Source of the DNA: Bacillota bacterium
Lineage (GTDB): Bacteria > Bacillota > Clostridia > Saccharofermentanales > DTU023
Length of the DNA: 64,000 bases
Assembly (NCBI GenBank): GCA_023426575.1
Contig: JAFAAL010000030.1
Location: 1,637-65,636 of the forward strand
Direction: 5' to 3'
Shown here piece by piece: positions 9,752 to 18,875 of the stretch. A program made the position numbers and the translations under genes. Numbering within the stretch: position 1 is the stretch's first letter; each line of letters starts with the position of its first letter. The notes under the pieces are model-generated. The model had not been told where the DNA came from and did not search any database. It worked only from the letters and a program-made list of their open reading frames with translations.

Positions 9752-10537
9752 CTAAAAGTCTTTAATTTCGCGCCTCATAATGAGGTGATAAGGCGTGGCG
9801 ACAAAGAGCGCCCCCCCGATGATATTGCCGATAGTGACGAAGAGAAGACTCTTCAAGAGCGAGATCAGAGGAATCGTCTGGCCGATGAGAGCGACTTGTG
9901 CCCCAGATTTTAAGACGGCATAGCTAAAGATAAACATATTGGCGACGACGTGTTCGAAGCCAAGGAAGACAAAGGCCGAGATCAGCGCATAGCAGATGGC
10001 AATCTTAGCTCCCTCAGACTGGAGGGCATAGGCAATCCAGATGGCGAGGCAGACGAAGATATTGCAGAGGATTCCCCGGAAAATCATCTCGGGGATGGTG
10101 AGGGAGGCTTTTGCCGAGACGGAATTCAAAATGGTCTCGTCGAGTGCCGTGCCGCCCGTCCGACTGAAATATAAGAGGACGGCGAGGATAAAGGATCCGA
10201 TGAAATTCCCGAGCCAGGCGGCGAGGCCGAGTTTCAGTCCGGCGAGCCGGGAGTTTTGCTTCTGAAAGCGGTCGAGGCTGATCGAGAGGACGATGCCCGT
10301 GAAGAGATCTGAACCGGCAAAGATGACCATGACCAGGCCGACCGGAAAGAGCAGGGCTGCGACGAGCGCTCCCATGGGATGACCCGCCAGGGCTGACTTA
10401 GCGTACTGAGAGAGCAAGAAGCCGAGACCGATATAGAAGCCGGCAAGAGCCGCTGAGACATAGAAGCCGAGGGGATTCTCTCTGAGGCGCTTGACGCGCG
10501 CCATGTTGGCAGCCAATTGTTTCTGATACTTATCCAT
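9752..10537 (-). CDS. Formate/nitrite transporter family protein
   Basis: FAGSDLFTG and GFEHVVANMF signature segments of the FNT family. 261 aa with 6 TM helices. Confidence 0.85.
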   Translation of the reverse strand: MDKYQKQLAANMARVKRLRENPLGFYVSAALAGFYIGLGFLLSQYAKSALAGHPMGALVAALLFPVGLVMVIFAGSDLFTGIVLSISLDRFQKQNSRLAGLKLGLAAWLGNFIGSFILAVLLYFSRTGGTALDETILNSVSAKASLTIPEMIFRGILCNIFVCLAIWIAYALQSEGAKIAICYALISAFVFLGFEHVVANMFIFSYAVLKSGAQVALIGQTIPLISLLKSLLFVTIGNIIGGALFVATPYHLIMRREIKDF

Positions 10538-10621
10538 GCATCTCCTCCTAGACGAAGCTATGGGTTATTCTCGCTTATCAGTGAGAATAAGTCCAGCCAA
10601 GTAGGCTCAGGCAGAGCGGGA

Positions 10622-12001
10622 TTACTCGTTTCTTAGAGCCTCGAGTGCCGAGAGACGCATCGCGCGGCGGGCGGGCATGAGTCCCGAGAGCATGCCAATC
10701 ATGATGGCAAAGAAGAGAGCGAGTGGAATCAGCCAGAGCGGGATATAGGAGATGGTTGTGGACTCACCGCCCATCATCCCAGGACCCCCTGCTATGAGCG
10801 CGCCGCCATAGCGATTGAGGAAGAAAGAGCCGAGAAGACTGAAGCTGATGCCGATGATGCCGCCGAAGAAGCCGATGAAGCCCGCCTCGGCGAGGAAGAG
10901 GTTTCGGATGTTGTGGAGACTGCAGCCGAGCACCTTGAAGACGCCAATCTCCTTGGTCCGCTCGTAGATCGACATCATCATCGTATTGGCGATGCCGATG
11001 GCGGCGACGATCAGGGAGACGCCGCCGATGGCGCCGAGGATCATCTGCGAGCGCTTGCTCTCCTTCTCCATCGCCTCGATGTATTCAACAGGGGAATTGC
11101 CCTGGAGGCCGAGCTCCTTGATGGCAAAGAGGGCGTCCTTGGTCTGATCATAGGAATGGGAGATCGCGACGAGCTTGTTGTAGACGATCTCGCCTGTGTG
11201 CTTGCCGTTCTTTCGGCGAGGTTGCCCAGGCCAGGCCTTGCCCTTAAATACTCTATGTAGCTCCTCCTTGAGGTCCTCTAGGGGGACGAACACCTCGTAG
11301 TTGTAGGGGCTCCACTGTTCTTGCTTGTCGGTGCCAATGATCGCCGCTGCGCGCATGGGATAACGCTTCGGCTTCGAAACTCCAGAGGCAGGGTCTTGGG
11401 AGGCATAGAGGGCCTGCACATCCCAGATGACAAAGAAGTCCTCATTGATCAGGTCGACTTGGGGACCCGCCTCACGAATGGCCTCCCAGTCAAAATGGTC
11501 ATGTCTTGCGTTGGGATCGCTAAAGTTAAAGAGACGGTCGTAGCCCACATAAAGAGCGAGAAAATTCGAACTTTTCTTGCCCTGGACAATCGGCAAGTCA
11601 ATGCGATCTAGGTAAGCCCGCGGCACCCCATTGATATTAGACCACATCTCTCGCTTTCCCTGCTTGAAGAGGCAGTCGATAGAGAGGTAGGGGACGACCT
11701 CCTTGATCTGCGGGAGGTCCTCGATTTGCTTCACGATCTCATCTGTCAGTGGCTTCTCATCAGGATTGCCATATTTCGTCCCGTCGGGGTTATAGCCCAC
11801 ATTGCTGTGGATCTCGATATTCGTCAGTCCTCCCTCCCGATTGACAGCTTCGAGGAAGGAGCGCCGCTGGCCGAAGCCGATGGAGAGCATCAGGAGGACG
11901 GAGGTGGTCCCAATGACCACCCCGAGAATAGTCAAAAGACTCCTGAGCTTCCTACGCCAGAGGTTTCTGAGGCTGATGCCGATGAGGTCCGTAAAGCGCA
12001 T
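10622..12001 (-). CDS. ABC transporter permease, FtsX/MacB type
   Basis: N-terminus MRFTDLIGISLRNLWRRKLRSLLTILGVVIGTTSV, a large periplasmic-type domain, and a C-terminal FtsX-like 3-TM bundle. Confidence 0.8.
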   Translation of the reverse strand: MRFTDLIGISLRNLWRRKLRSLLTILGVVIGTTSVLLMLSIGFGQRRSFLEAVNREGGLTNIEIHSNVGYNPDGTKYGNPDEKPLTDEIVKQIEDLPQIKEVVPYLSIDCLFKQGKREMWSNINGVPRAYLDRIDLPIVQGKKSSNFLALYVGYDRLFNFSDPNARHDHFDWEAIREAGPQVDLINEDFFVIWDVQALYASQDPASGVSKPKRYPMRAAAIIGTDKQEQWSPYNYEVFVPLEDLKEELHRVFKGKAWPGQPRRKNGKHTGEIVYNKLVAISHSYDQTKDALFAIKELGLQGNSPVEYIEAMEKESKRSQMILGAIGGVSLIVAAIGIANTMMMSIYERTKEIGVFKVLGCSLHNIRNLFLAEAGFIGFFGGIIGISFSLLGSFFLNRYGGALIAGGPGMMGGESTTISYIPLWLIPLALFFAIMIGMLSGLMPARRAMRLSALEALRNE

Positions 12002-12010
12002 ACTGCGTTC

Positions 12011-14242
12011 TTATCTCCGCCGAGGCGCCTGTCGATCAGATTTTGCAGGGCCGACAGAGCCGCCGCCAGGACGGGATCCGTTGCCATTTGACGATTTCGA
12101 TCCATTGCCATTCGACGCCTTAGGCGTGTTAGCATTTTGCGCCTTGGAGCCATGGCCGTTCTGCCCGTTGGGCGAGGTCTTGGGACTCGCGCCAGGATTT
12201 CTATTCTGTCGTTCTTCCTCGAGCTGGCGGAAGAATTCCGCATCTTCCTCTGCTTGTTTTTGCCGTCTGCGCTTGCGCATCAGGGCTGTGAGGACAGCGA
12301 TGAGAGCGATCAAGAGGGCGAGAATAATGAGAATCCAGGCCCAGATGGGGAACTTGCTGCCACCCTCGTCATCTCCGCCGGGGAATTCTCCAGGCTCGCC
12401 TGGGAACTCTCCCTCGGGGGGATACATATCGTCTGGAGGCATGGCCTCGACGACTTCGAGGCTCAATTCCTCTTCAATAATCTTTGGCTGGCCGTTGCTA
12501 TCCTCATAGTGAATTTGGATCTTGATCTTTTCTCCATTTGTGGGGTTCTCAGGCATAATTGAGATGTCGACATCCTTGGCGGCACCTGGGTCAATATTGC
12601 CGAGAAAGACCTCTGGAGCACTGACGGCCCCACCCTCTGGGAAGGTGATGGAGGCATTGTTCAGCTTGTTCTTACCCTTGTTGAGAATGGAGAAGGTGAG
12701 GTTTCCCTCCTGCCCGACGCTGAGCTGAGCCGGATAGGCCTCGACACCCGAGATACCGACGCGCGTCTCCTGATGAAGCTGGAGAGAGAGGGTCTCTTCG
12801 GCATTGTAGACCTTGGCCGCGTAGTCCTCGTATTCCATCTTGAGGTTCAGAGGATAAATCTTCTCCTCGAGATTGGCCGAGGCCTGGAGGTCCAAGATCA
12901 GCTCGTACTGGCCCCCCGCAGCGATGTAGTCGATGTACTTGGTCGTGGCACCGTCGGTCGGCAAGAAGGGGGCGCCTTCTCCCGAGTCAAAGCTCAGGCG
13001 GACGTTTTGCACCGCCGTCACAGTGGAGGTATTTTCCAGCGTCAGGCGGAGCCTGAACTTATCGCCGCCCATGATCTGCTCGGGCGTCGTCGTGAAGCCC
13101 TTGGAAATCAGGCGCGGTGTGGGAATTTTAACTTCTTCTGTCGGCTTCTCTTCGCCGACACCATTGACATAGAAAATGAGGGAGAGGGTTACCTCAGAAA
13201 ATTCTTCTGGCAGTGTGATTTTATAGCCCTCATGACTGTAGTAGAGACCCTCGTACTCGTTGTAGTAGATGATGTCCTTCTTCGTCATAAAGTCTTGATA
13301 TTTGACGAGGAAGTCGACCTTGTAATAGCCCTTCTTCAGATCGGACTTGACGTACATGGGGCCAAAATCAATGGAGGCATCGACGCAAGTGCCATATAGG
13401 TCGAGGCCGAGTGCCCCCTGGGGGGCCAGCAGCAATTCGAGCTGCTTTGTATAGTCAGATTTTAATATTTCAAAGGGAAAGTTCTCATCGAGGGGTGTCT
13501 GCGGCTGAATATTGACAATACGGACGTACTGATCCCCACGGTTGATAATGGGCAGGACCAGATTGATCTCTTGCCCGAGCTCGAGCCGGGGCACATCCCC
13601 TTCCTTGACCATCAGCATCGACTTGCGATTGACGGGATCTGGCAGGGCGGGTTTCTCGACGCCCTCCCCTGGTGGCTTGTTGGGATCGCGGGTTGGCTTG
13701 GTCTCACCCTCATCCTTGTCGGGAGGCGCGACAACCTCGTCAGAGCTCCCTATCTGTACACGGTAGTCGAGCTCTTGTTTCTTGGCCTGAGGCTGACCAT
13801 TGACAGTCTCTTCATATGTGACGATCAGGCGGATGTAGTAGATGCCGTCCTTAGCCTCGGGATTGACAGTATACTCGCCAAAGCTGACGACGACATCTTC
13901 GATATCGGGGTGCTGGGTGATGGTCGCCTGAAAATCAAATTTACTCTCTTCCAGAGGAAATTTCTGAGGATCGCTCGAACTGTGGATCGACACTTGCTTG
14001 ATCTTGATCCCCTGTCGATTGGGTCGCAGGGTAAAGACGATCGGCTTGCTATCGTTGTGCACATAGGTTGTAAGATCTGAGCCAACAATCTTGACGGCGC
14101 TATCGGCCAGAGGATCCGTCGCCTCAGTGGCGAGGACCACGCCTCGGTCAATAGAGGGCCCGATGGGCCATCCCAGACAGAGATTCATCACTAAGATGAG
14201 CAGAAATGGCGTAAAGACTTTCTTCAATTTACTGTGCATCAT
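12011..14242 (-). CDS. Large secreted, membrane-anchored protein of the MacB-type ABC operon (beta-sandwich repeat-like; function unknown)
   Basis: GGGAGG RBS and ATGATG start overlapping the upstream ATPase stop. Signal-like MHSKLKKVFTPFLLILVMNLCLG, a ~640-aa extracytoplasmic body, the TM helix FPIWAWILIILALLIALIAVLTALM, and a basic/N/G/S-rich tail. Confidence 0.6.
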   Translation of the reverse strand: MMHSKLKKVFTPFLLILVMNLCLGWPIGPSIDRGVVLATEATDPLADSAVKIVGSDLTTYVHNDSKPIVFTLRPNRQGIKIKQVSIHSSSDPQKFPLEESKFDFQATITQHPDIEDVVVSFGEYTVNPEAKDGIYYIRLIVTYEETVNGQPQAKKQELDYRVQIGSSDEVVAPPDKDEGETKPTRDPNKPPGEGVEKPALPDPVNRKSMLMVKEGDVPRLELGQEINLVLPIINRGDQYVRIVNIQPQTPLDENFPFEILKSDYTKQLELLLAPQGALGLDLYGTCVDASIDFGPMYVKSDLKKGYYKVDFLVKYQDFMTKKDIIYYNEYEGLYYSHEGYKITLPEEFSEVTLSLIFYVNGVGEEKPTEEVKIPTPRLISKGFTTTPEQIMGGDKFRLRLTLENTSTVTAVQNVRLSFDSGEGAPFLPTDGATTKYIDYIAAGGQYELILDLQASANLEEKIYPLNLKMEYEDYAAKVYNAEETLSLQLHQETRVGISGVEAYPAQLSVGQEGNLTFSILNKGKNKLNNASITFPEGGAVSAPEVFLGNIDPGAAKDVDISIMPENPTNGEKIKIQIHYEDSNGQPKIIEEELSLEVVEAMPPDDMYPPEGEFPGEPGEFPGGDDEGGSKFPIWAWILIILALLIALIAVLTALMRKRRRQKQAEEDAEFFRQLEEERQNRNPGASPKTSPNGQNGHGSKAQNANTPKASNGNGSKSSNGNGSRPGGGSVGPAKSDRQAPRRR

Positions 14243-15065
14243 GACCTCCCATATCCTCCGGCTGATAGCGCTTTGTCCCCAGCTCAATGGCCACGATCCG
14301 ACCATCCACGATGCGGAAGATGCGGTCGGCGTATTGGGCCAAGTTATTATCGTGCGTGACCATGACCATGGTCTGATTCTCTTCCTTGGCGATACGCTGC
14401 AGGAGAGCTAAAATTTCTTCAGTTGTCCGGCTGTCGAGGTTCCCCGTCGGCTCGTCCGCGAAGACGATCTCGGGATTGACAACTAGAGCCCTGGCGATAC
14501 CGACGCGCTGCTGTTCACCGCCCGACATCTCAAAGGGCCGGTGGCGAACCTTCTTCTGCAGCCCCACCGAAAAGAGCATCTGCCGCGCCTTGCGACGCCG
14601 CTTGGAACGACTTTCTCCACGAAAGACCAGAGGTAGTTCCACATTCTCTTCGGCCGTCTGACTCGCAATCAGGTTGAAGCTCTGGAAGATGAAGCCGATG
14701 TGCTGACGACGAAAATTGACGAGCTGCTGCTCACTCATTCGCGTGATGTCCCGCTGATGGATATAGACCTTGCCACGACTCGGTCGCTCGAGGCCCGCCA
14801 GCATGTTGAGCAGCGTGGACTTACCAGAACCGGAGGTCCCCACGATGGCGAGAAACTCACCACGACGGACGTCAAAGCTGACCCCGTTGAGTGCTCTCAC
14901 CGCCGTCGTGCCCAGACGAAAAATCTTCCAGAGATCCCGCACGGAGATGACGATGTCGAGGGCATCAGGCAGCTCCCCCGAGAGGGAGTCCTGCTTCACG
15001 CTAGCCTCAGTCGCTTCGACGGCGAGACTCGCTTGCCCCTGTCTCGTCATTGTTTCATCTGGCAT
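14229..15065 (-). CDS. ABC transporter ATP-binding protein (MacB/LolD-type)
   Basis: GTSGSGKSTLLNMLAG, SGGEQQRVGIARAL and VFADEPTGNLD. The start is placed at ATG 15065 (GAGG 5 nt upstream) rather than the ORF-track alternative start at 15107. Confidence 0.85.
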   Translation of the reverse strand: MPDETMTRQGQASLAVEATEASVKQDSLSGELPDALDIVISVRDLWKIFRLGTTAVRALNGVSFDVRRGEFLAIVGTSGSGKSTLLNMLAGLERPSRGKVYIHQRDITRMSEQQLVNFRRQHIGFIFQSFNLIASQTAEENVELPLVFRGESRSKRRRKARQMLFSVGLQKKVRHRPFEMSGGEQQRVGIARALVVNPEIVFADEPTGNLDSRTTEEILALLQRIAKEENQTMVMVTHDNNLAQYADRIFRIVDGRIVAIELGTKRYQPEDMGGHDAQ

Positions 15066-15095
15066 CTTGACCTCGCTCCATCCTTTCACTATCGC

Positions 15096-15123
15096 TAAGT
15101 TTAACACATTAAGTTTAACACAT
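15096..15123. repeat. Perfect tandem direct repeat, 2 x 14 bp (TAAGTTTAACACAT), in the divergent ABC-operon/tnaA intergenic region
   Basis: Read directly: unit 1 at 15096-15109 and unit 2 at 15110-15123, lying 31-58 nt upstream of the ATPase ATG (15065). Confidence 0.9.
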
Positions 15124-15216
15124 GATGAAGCATCTTCACGCTTGATTGAGAGCTTCGCTTATTAAAAAATTTTTAACTTGAAAAAAGCCTCCGAAGAAGG
15201 ATTTTTTAAGAGTTTT

Positions 15217-15225
15217 TGTTATACT
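15217..15225 (+). promoter_or_regulatory. Extended -10 promoter element (TGtTATACT) 7 nt upstream of the tnaA ATG
   Basis: TG at 15217-15218 and TATACT at 15220-15225, with the ATG at 15232. There is no Shine-Dalgarno sequence between them and no good -35. Confidence 0.35.
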
Positions 15226-15231
15226 TGACGC

Positions 15232-16605
15232 ATGGCTAAATATGTACGTGAACCATTTCGAATCAAGATGATTGAGACGATGCCAACCACGACGAGAACC
15301 GAGCGAGAGCGTTATTTGAAGGAGGCACATTATAATCTCTTCGGTCTGCGCAGTGACTGGGTGGCCATCGATCTCTTGACGGACAGCGGTACGGGGGCGA
15401 TGAGCTCGACCCAGTGGGCCGCCATGCTCCAGGGAGACGAGGCTTACGCCGGAGCTCGGGGCTACTATAAGTTGACAGAGGCTGTCGAAGATATCTTTGG
15501 CTATCAGTTTATGCAGCCCGTCCATCAGGGGCGCGCGGCGGAGAAGGTCCTCTTCCCGATCTTGCTGAAGGCTGGTCAAATATCGATCTCCAATATGCAC
15601 TTTGATACGACGCGGGGTCACGTCGGTCTCGTCGGGGCCGAGGCCGTGGATCTCGTGGATCCTGCGGCCAGAGACACTGAGTCCTATGCCCCCTTCAAGG
15701 GCAACATGGACTGCGAGCGCCTCCGCGCATTCCTCCAGGACAAGGGCGAGCAGGTCGGCGTCATCATCATGACTCTGACCAATAATTCCGCGGGCGGTCA
15801 GCCCGTCTCTCTTGCCAATCTCCGCCAGGTCTCTGAGATTGCCAAGGCCCATCAGATTCCCCTGGTCATCGATGCGGCCCGCTACGCCGAAAATGCCTAC
15901 TTTATTCAAGAGCGCGAGGACGCCTGTCGGGGGATGAGCATCTCTGAAATCGTCCGTGAGTGCTTTAAGCTGGCCGACGCCTTCACCATGTCCGCCAAGA
16001 AGGACGCCATCGTCAACATGGGCGGTCTCATCGGGATTCGGGAGGATCGCGAGCTCTACGAGAAGGTCAAGATCAATACGGTGCCGATGGAGGGATTCAT
16101 CACTTATGGGGGGCTCGCCGGTCGCGATTTGGAAGCGCTCGCCATCGGCCTCTATGAGGGCATCGATCCCAATTTCCTCCACTATCGGATCAAGCAGGTG
16201 GAATACCTCGGCGAGAGACTTCGCGAGATCGGCATCCCCGTACAGTATCCGATCGGCGGCCATGCCGTCTTCGTCGATGCCAAGCGTCTGCTGCCCCAGA
16301 TTCCCTATCATCAGTTCCCGGCCCAGGCGCTCGCCATCGAGCTCTATCTCGAGGCGGGCATTCGCTCTTGTGATGTCGGCTCCTTCATGCTCGACCCAGA
16401 TCCCAAGACGGGAGTGCAGCCGGAGGCTGAAATGGAGTTTACGAGGCTCTGCCTCCCCCGCCGGGTCTATACGCAGGCCCATCTGGAGGAGATTGTTGAG
16501 GCTTTTGCCGCGATTAAAGAACGCGCATCGACGCTTCGAGGCTACGAGATTGTCGAACAGGCACCCGTCCTCCGGCACTTCACAGCCAAGCTCAAACCGC
16601 TCTAG
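15232..16605 (+). CDS. tnaA: Tryptophanase (beta-eliminating lyase family)
   Basis: EPFRIKMIE...[16 protein letters not shown]-lysine motif [24 protein letters not shown] and the C-terminal [11 protein letters not shown]. These resemble E. coli TnaA more than tyrosine phenol-lyase, from memory. Confidence 0.8.
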   Translation: MAKYVREPFRIKMIETMPTTTRTERERYLKEAHYNLFGLRSDWVAIDLLTDSGTGAMSSTQWAAMLQGDEAYAGARGYYKLTEAVEDIFGYQFMQPVHQGRAAEKVLFPILLKAGQISISNMHFDTTRGHVGLVGAEAVDLVDPAARDTESYAPFKGNMDCERLRAFLQDKGEQVGVIIMTLTNNSAGGQPVSLANLRQVSEIAKAHQIPLVIDAARYAENAYFIQEREDACRGMSISEIVRECFKLADAFTMSAKKDAIVNMGGLIGIREDRELYEKVKINTVPMEGFITYGGLAGRDLEALAIGLYEGIDPNFLHYRIKQVEYLGERLREIGIPVQYPIGGHAVFVDAKRLLPQIPYHQFPAQALAIELYLEAGIRSCDVGSFMLDPDPKTGVQPEAEMEFTRLCLPRRVYTQAHLEEIVEAFAAIKERASTLRGYEIVEQAPVLRHFTAKLKPL

Positions 16606-16615
16606 GTTTCCGAAA

Positions 16616-16653
16616 TCAAAAAGAGCCGCCCCGTCTGGAGCGGCTCTTTTTTT
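16616..16653. terminator. Bidirectional intrinsic terminator between tnaA and the DUF1015 gene
   Basis: AAAAAGAGCCGC-cccgtctgga-GCGGCTCTTTTTTTT: an 8-bp stem flanked by an A-run and a T-run. Confidence 0.75.
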
Positions 16654-16663
16654 TGAACATTTT

Positions 16664-17926
16664 CTAGTCGTCGAGGCTGTGGACGAAGAGGCCAGAGCGC
16701 AGCTTCGGCTCGAACCAGGTCGACTTAGGCGGCATGATCTCACCGGCGTCGGCGATGCCGAGCAGTTCATCCATCGCAGTTGGGAAGAGGGCAAAGGCCA
16801 CCTGCATTTCCCCACTATCCACCCGGCGCTCGAGTTCCTCGAGACCGCGGATGCCTCCGACGAAGTCGATGCGCTCATCGACTCGCGGATCACCGATGCC
16901 GAGGATTGGCGCGAGGAGGTTCTGCTGGAGGATCGAGACGTCGAGGCGATCGACGGGATCTGCCTGGGCGAGGAGCTCTGGCTTGGCCTCGAGGGCGTAC
17001 CACTCCCCATCGAGATACATGCTGTAATTCGCCTTCTCACTCGGGCGAATCTGCTCGAGATCTAATCCAGCCTCATACTTTTTCACGCTGAATTTCTCCA
17101 TGATCTCCGTCAGGAACTGCTCCTTGCTGCGGCCGTTGAGGTCGCGGACGACGCGGTTGTAGTCCATGACGTAGAGGTCGCGATCGGCAAAGAGGACTGC
17201 CATGAAGTAGTTGAACTCGGCCTCGGGGCCGCGGTCCGGGAACTCCGCCCGGCGCTGTTCGCCGACTTTGGCGGCAGAGGCTGAGCGGTGGTGACCGTCG
17301 GCGATGTAGAGGGCGTCGAGCTCGGCGAATTCGAGGATGAGTTCGCGGGTCAGATCGGGATCCTGGATGACCCAGCCGACGTGCATGATATGATCCTCAG
17401 TCGTGAAGTTAAAGACCGGCTTGTGGCGCTTGATGTACTCATGCATGATCTCGTCCACGCGCTCGATATGTCGATAAGTGAGGAAGATGGGGGCCGTGTT
17501 GGCATTACAAGTTCCAAAATGCTTGATGCGATCGACTTCCTTGGCAGCGCGGGTCAGCTCGTGCTTCTTGATCTTGCCCGTCTGGTATTCATCGACAGAG
17601 ACACAGGCGACGAGACCCGTCTGGACGCGACCGTCCATAATCTGGCGATAGATGTAGAAGTGGGCCTCGTCATCTTGGACCATGTGGCCCTCACGGATGA
17701 GGCGCTGGAGATTCTCACGCCCCTTGGCGTAGACCTCGTCACTGTACATATCGACATTGTCGGGAAAGTTGATCTCGGCACGGACGACGTTCAGGAAGGA
17801 GAGCGGCTTGCCCTCAGCCATGGCCTGGGCCTCACTGCGGTTCATGACGTCATAGGGCAGGGAGGCAATCTGATCGGCCTTGCCAGGGGCGGGGCGGAGC
17901 GCTCTGAAGGGACGGATGACAGACAT
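16664..17926 (-). CDS. DUF1015 family protein
   Basis: 420 aa. The N-terminus MSVIRPFRALRPAPGKADQIASLPYDV and the overall length match my recollection of DUF1015. Confidence 0.7.
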   Translation of the reverse strand: MSVIRPFRALRPAPGKADQIASLPYDVMNRSEAQAMAEGKPLSFLNVVRAEINFPDNVDMYSDEVYAKGRENLQRLIREGHMVQDDEAHFYIYRQIMDGRVQTGLVACVSVDEYQTGKIKKHELTRAAKEVDRIKHFGTCNANTAPIFLTYRHIERVDEIMHEYIKRHKPVFNFTTEDHIMHVGWVIQDPDLTRELILEFAELDALYIADGHHRSASAAKVGEQRRAEFPDRGPEAEFNYFMAVLFADRDLYVMDYNRVVRDLNGRSKEQFLTEIMEKFSVKKYEAGLDLEQIRPSEKANYSMYLDGEWYALEAKPELLAQADPVDRLDVSILQQNLLAPILGIGDPRVDERIDFVGGIRGLEELERRVDSGEMQVAFALFPTAMDELLGIADAGEIMPPKSTWFEPKLRSGLFVHSLDD

Positions 17927-17940
17927 CGCAAGACTCCTCT

Positions 17941-18855
17941 CTAAATGGGGAAGTGACTGCTGACAATCGAGACGATATTGTCACCAATCCGATCTTGAGC
18001 CTCTTGGGTCGCTGCCCCGATATGCGGAGTCAGGGAGAGGCGATCACAGTTCATCAGTTCGGGCTTGTCCAGGGGCTCGCGTTCGAAGACGTCGAGGGCG
18101 GCGCCTGCGACCTTGCCGCTTTCGATGGCGCGGACGAGGGCCTCTTCATCGATGACGCCCCCACGGGCGGCCTGGATGATATAGACGCCGTCCTTCATCT
18201 TGGCAAAGGTCTCCTCCGTGATCACGGCCTCGCCAGTAAATGGGAGGTGGAGGGAGATATAGTCGGCCTCCGCGAGGACCTCGTCCATCGACTTATAGGC
18301 CCAGCCGTGCTCAGCCTCGCCCTCTTCGAAGCGGAAGAGGTCGAAGTAGATGACCTTCATGCCGAGAGCCTGAGCCTTCTCAGCCAGCGTTCTGCCGATG
18401 CGGCCGAGACCGATGATGCCGAGTGTCTTGCCCATGATTTCCGTGCCGTCATACTGCTTCTTCAGCCACTCACCACGGGCCATTGAGCGATTGGCGCTCG
18501 CAATGTGGCGCGCCAGGCTCAGCATGTGGCCGATGACGAGTTCTGCCACCGCATTGGAAGAGGCGGCGGGCGTATTGGTCACTTCGATGCCGTGCTGCTT
18601 GGCGTAGTCGACGTCGATATTGTCGATGCCGACCCCCGCGCGAATGATCAGTTTGAGTCTGCCGCCCTCAGCCGCCGCATCGATTTCTGGCTGGCGGACC
18701 TTGGTGGCAGAGCGGACGACGAGACAGTCAACCTCCTTGAGGCGCTGGTGAAGAGATTCTCCCTCATATTTCGTCGTGTCGACCTGGTAGCCCAGGCGCT
18801 CGAGTTCCTGCTTTGCAGATTCTGCAATGCCATCGTTGGCTAAAATGATAAACAT
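17941..18855 (-). CDS. D-isomer-specific 2-hydroxyacid dehydrogenase, short phosphoglycerate-dehydrogenase-like (no ACT domain)
   Basis: NAD-binding GIIGLGRIGRTLAEKAQALGMKVIYFD. 304 aa. Sits between the DUF1015 and class-V aminotransferase genes. Confidence 0.75.
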   Translation of the reverse strand: MFIILANDGIAESAKQELERLGYQVDTTKYEGESLHQRLKEVDCLVVRSATKVRQPEIDAAAEGGRLKLIIRAGVGIDNIDVDYAKQHGIEVTNTPAASSNAVAELVIGHMLSLARHIASANRSMARGEWLKKQYDGTEIMGKTLGIIGLGRIGRTLAEKAQALGMKVIYFDLFRFEEGEAEHGWAYKSMDEVLAEADYISLHLPFTGEAVITEETFAKMKDGVYIIQAARGGVIDEEALVRAIESGKVAGAALDVFEREPLDKPELMNCDRLSLTPHIGAATQEAQDRIGDNIVSIVSSHFPI

Positions 18856-18875
18856 CTCTATTTCTCCTTCACAGT

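Noticed and set aside
15136-17040. 634-aa minus-strand ORF, the longest unexplained ORF in the track
   Set aside because: It is antisense to tnaA and out of frame with the DUF1015 gene, both of which carry clear family motifs. Its sequence is S/R/A/P-rich low-complexity, which is typical of spurious open frames in high-GC DNA. The many other 60-280-aa antisense or alternate-frame ORFs in the high-GC parts were rejected for the same reason, for example 1548..2090, 7089..7790, 30802..31635, 60820..61656 and 54888..55565.
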